Of a DNA stretch of 64,000 nucleotides, positions 62,546-64,000 are shown piece after piece. Every line of letters begins with the position of its first letter. Positions within the stretch are counted from its first letter, which is position 1. The position numbers and the translations under genes were made by a program. The notes below the pieces were generated by a model. It saw nothing but the letters and a program-made list of their open reading frames with translations. It made no database searches and was not told where the DNA came from. Source of the DNA: an uncultured Candidatus Rokubacteria bacterium (GTDB lineage: Bacteria; Methylomirabilota; Methylomirabilia; Rokubacteriales; CSP1-6); the NCBI GenBank assembly GCA_963762145.1, contig CAVXJS010000009.1:64001-128000 (forward strand). Direction: 5' to 3'.

Positions 62546-63091
62546 CTACCAGAGACGATTGCGGAGGGTGGCCTGGGTCTCCATCAGCACGCCTGTTCCC
62601 GCGCTGCCGACCTCGAGCCGCGCCCGCACCGCGATCACCGCCGCGGGATCAGTGGTCTCCACGCCCTCGCGATCGAGATAGACCAGCTGGAACGCGCGCA
62701 CGCCGTTGATGACCGGCTGCGCCCCGCCTCCGGCATCGCGGCGCAGGATGGACTCCCCCGCCCGCAGCAGGTAGGTCACGCGCTCCCGGGTCGGATCGAT
62801 GACCCCGTTGCCGTTCAGGTCCCGCTGGAATTCGACGCGGGCCGGCTCGGCCACCACGACGGGGGCGATGCCGGCCGCGGTGGGATCGTACCCCGCCTCG
62901 CGCAGCTCGCTCGCCATGCGCTCGAGCGCGTAGCGGGTCGACTGCTGCGCCTCGACGCGCGCAGCGCCCCACACCCACGCGTGGAGCCCGAGGTGCAGTA
63001 GCGTGGCGCTGGCGGCCAGCATGCCGCCGCCGATCGCCATGGCCACCAGCATGTCGACCAGTGAGTACCCGCGACTGCGCCGTGCCCGCAC
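62546..63091 (-). CDS. PilW-like minor pilin
   Basis: RG|YSLVDMLVAMAI prepilin-like N-terminus, ELREAGY, C-terminal LRN. Confidence 0.7.
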   Translation of the reverse strand: MRARRSRGYSLVDMLVAMAIGGGMLAASATLLHLGLHAWVWGAARVEAQQSTRYALERMASELREAGYDPTAAGIAPVVVAEPARVEFQRDLNGNGVIDPTRERVTYLLRAGESILRRDAGGGAQPVINGVRAFQLVYLDREGVETTDPAAVIAVRARLEVGSAGTGVLMETQATLRNRLW

Positions 63092-63167
63092 GCCCGCCAG
63101 CCTCGCGCCCAGGCCCGGATCCGCACAATGCCGACCTTTCTGGACGCCTCGGCGTGGATACGCTCGC

Positions 63168-63278
63168 TTCGAGCGCGGGCTCCGCCCGCGCAATCCTGCC
63201 TTTCGGGGGAGGCAGGGAGGAGTGCGCCGTCAGGCGCGCGACGACCGTCGGAAGGGGGCGAAGCCCCCTCCGAGCTAC
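63168..63278. repeat. About 110-bp multi-hairpin intergenic repeat
   Basis: Second long copy of 41745-41853. Confidence 0.85.
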
Positions 63279-64000
63279 ATCGGCCGCAGATGCGCCCAGG
63301 GCGCGATCTTCTCGAACGCGGCCGAGGCCCGCAGCACGGTGGCGTCCTCGAAGCGCCGGCCCAGGATCTGCAGCCCGATGGGCAGCTTGTCGCTCGTGAA
63401 CCCGCAGGGCACCGACGCGCCCGGGATGGCCGGTCATGTTGAACGGGTACGTGAACGGGATCCAGTCGTAGATCCCGGTGGCGGTGCCCGCGATCTCGCC
63501 GGGGCCGTCGAGGCCGACCTTGAAGGCCGCGCACGCGATGGTCGGCGTCAGCAGCAGGTCGTAGCGCTCGAAGAGCCGGCGCGGGTGCTCCTCCCAGGCG
63601 AGGCGGTCGAACCAGGCCTGGACGAACTGGGTGGGGCTCCAGCTCTGGGTCTCGTCGGCGATCGCGACCAGGCCCGCGATCGATGTCGTCGCGTCGATCG
63701 CGCAGCGCGGGACCGAGGCGGGCGGCGATGCCGCCCAGGAACATGGTCCGCCACGCCGCCTGCGGGCTCGGCCACCGGGGCGAGACCTCCTCCACGCGGC
63801 AGCCCAGCTCGCGGAACCGCCGCGCCGCGCGCTCGCAGGCCGCCTTCACCTCGGGATCTACGACCTTGGCGAAGCCGAGATCGGCGGTCCACGCCACGCG
63901 CAGCCCCTTCACGCCGCCCTTGAGCGCCTTGACGTAGTCCACGCGCGGGCCCGGCAGCGAGAAGGGATCGCGCGCGTCGGGCCCCGCGCACGCGTTCAGC
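63275..64000 (-). CDS. Amidase signature family protein, partial and frameshifted
   Basis: GLRVAW, YDLLLTPT, FTYPFNMTG.P..SVP.G..LPIGLQI. Confidence 0.85.

Overview
High-GC bacterial chromosomal window. Gene content and protein style suggest Candidatus Rokubacteria/Methylomirabilota, which is an inference and not a database result. Many single-base frameshifts break otherwise conserved genes, including purA and hisZ, so they are most likely long-read or MAG consensus errors. Left to right the window holds: an accessory region downstream of tRNA-Glu (SYLF protein, truncated DUF2721, two nitroreductases, a methyltransferase); a triple-GAF histidine kinase; a BacNav-family channel with a TLEGWVE filter; a TetR-MFP-RND-methyltransferase operon; a PEP-CTERM-like protein; a type IV pilin; and a 4.9 kb element integrated in tRNA-Lys (45-bp att repeats, truncated tyrosine integrase whose ORF crosses the att core, Hsp20 cargo). 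A cluster at 22-33 kb carries hpnR, an OmpA lipoprotein, otsB plus a membrane-sensor-fused otsA, two lipoproteins and a sigma54 two-component system. It is followed by purA, hisZ, a phosphatase and an aminotransferase, mtnA, divIVA-yggT-proC-yggS-pgeF and a dcw cluster lacking murG and ddl. The best candidates for new biology are: (1) a local sigma54 regulon marked by three -24/-12 promoters, each with tandem GTAA-N3-TTAC palindromes; (2) the sensor-fused trehalose-6-phosphate synthase; (3) an integrase whose C-terminus is swapped by excision; (4) a family of intergenic repeats built from GNA-triloop hairpins; (5) a possible Ca2+-selective channel.
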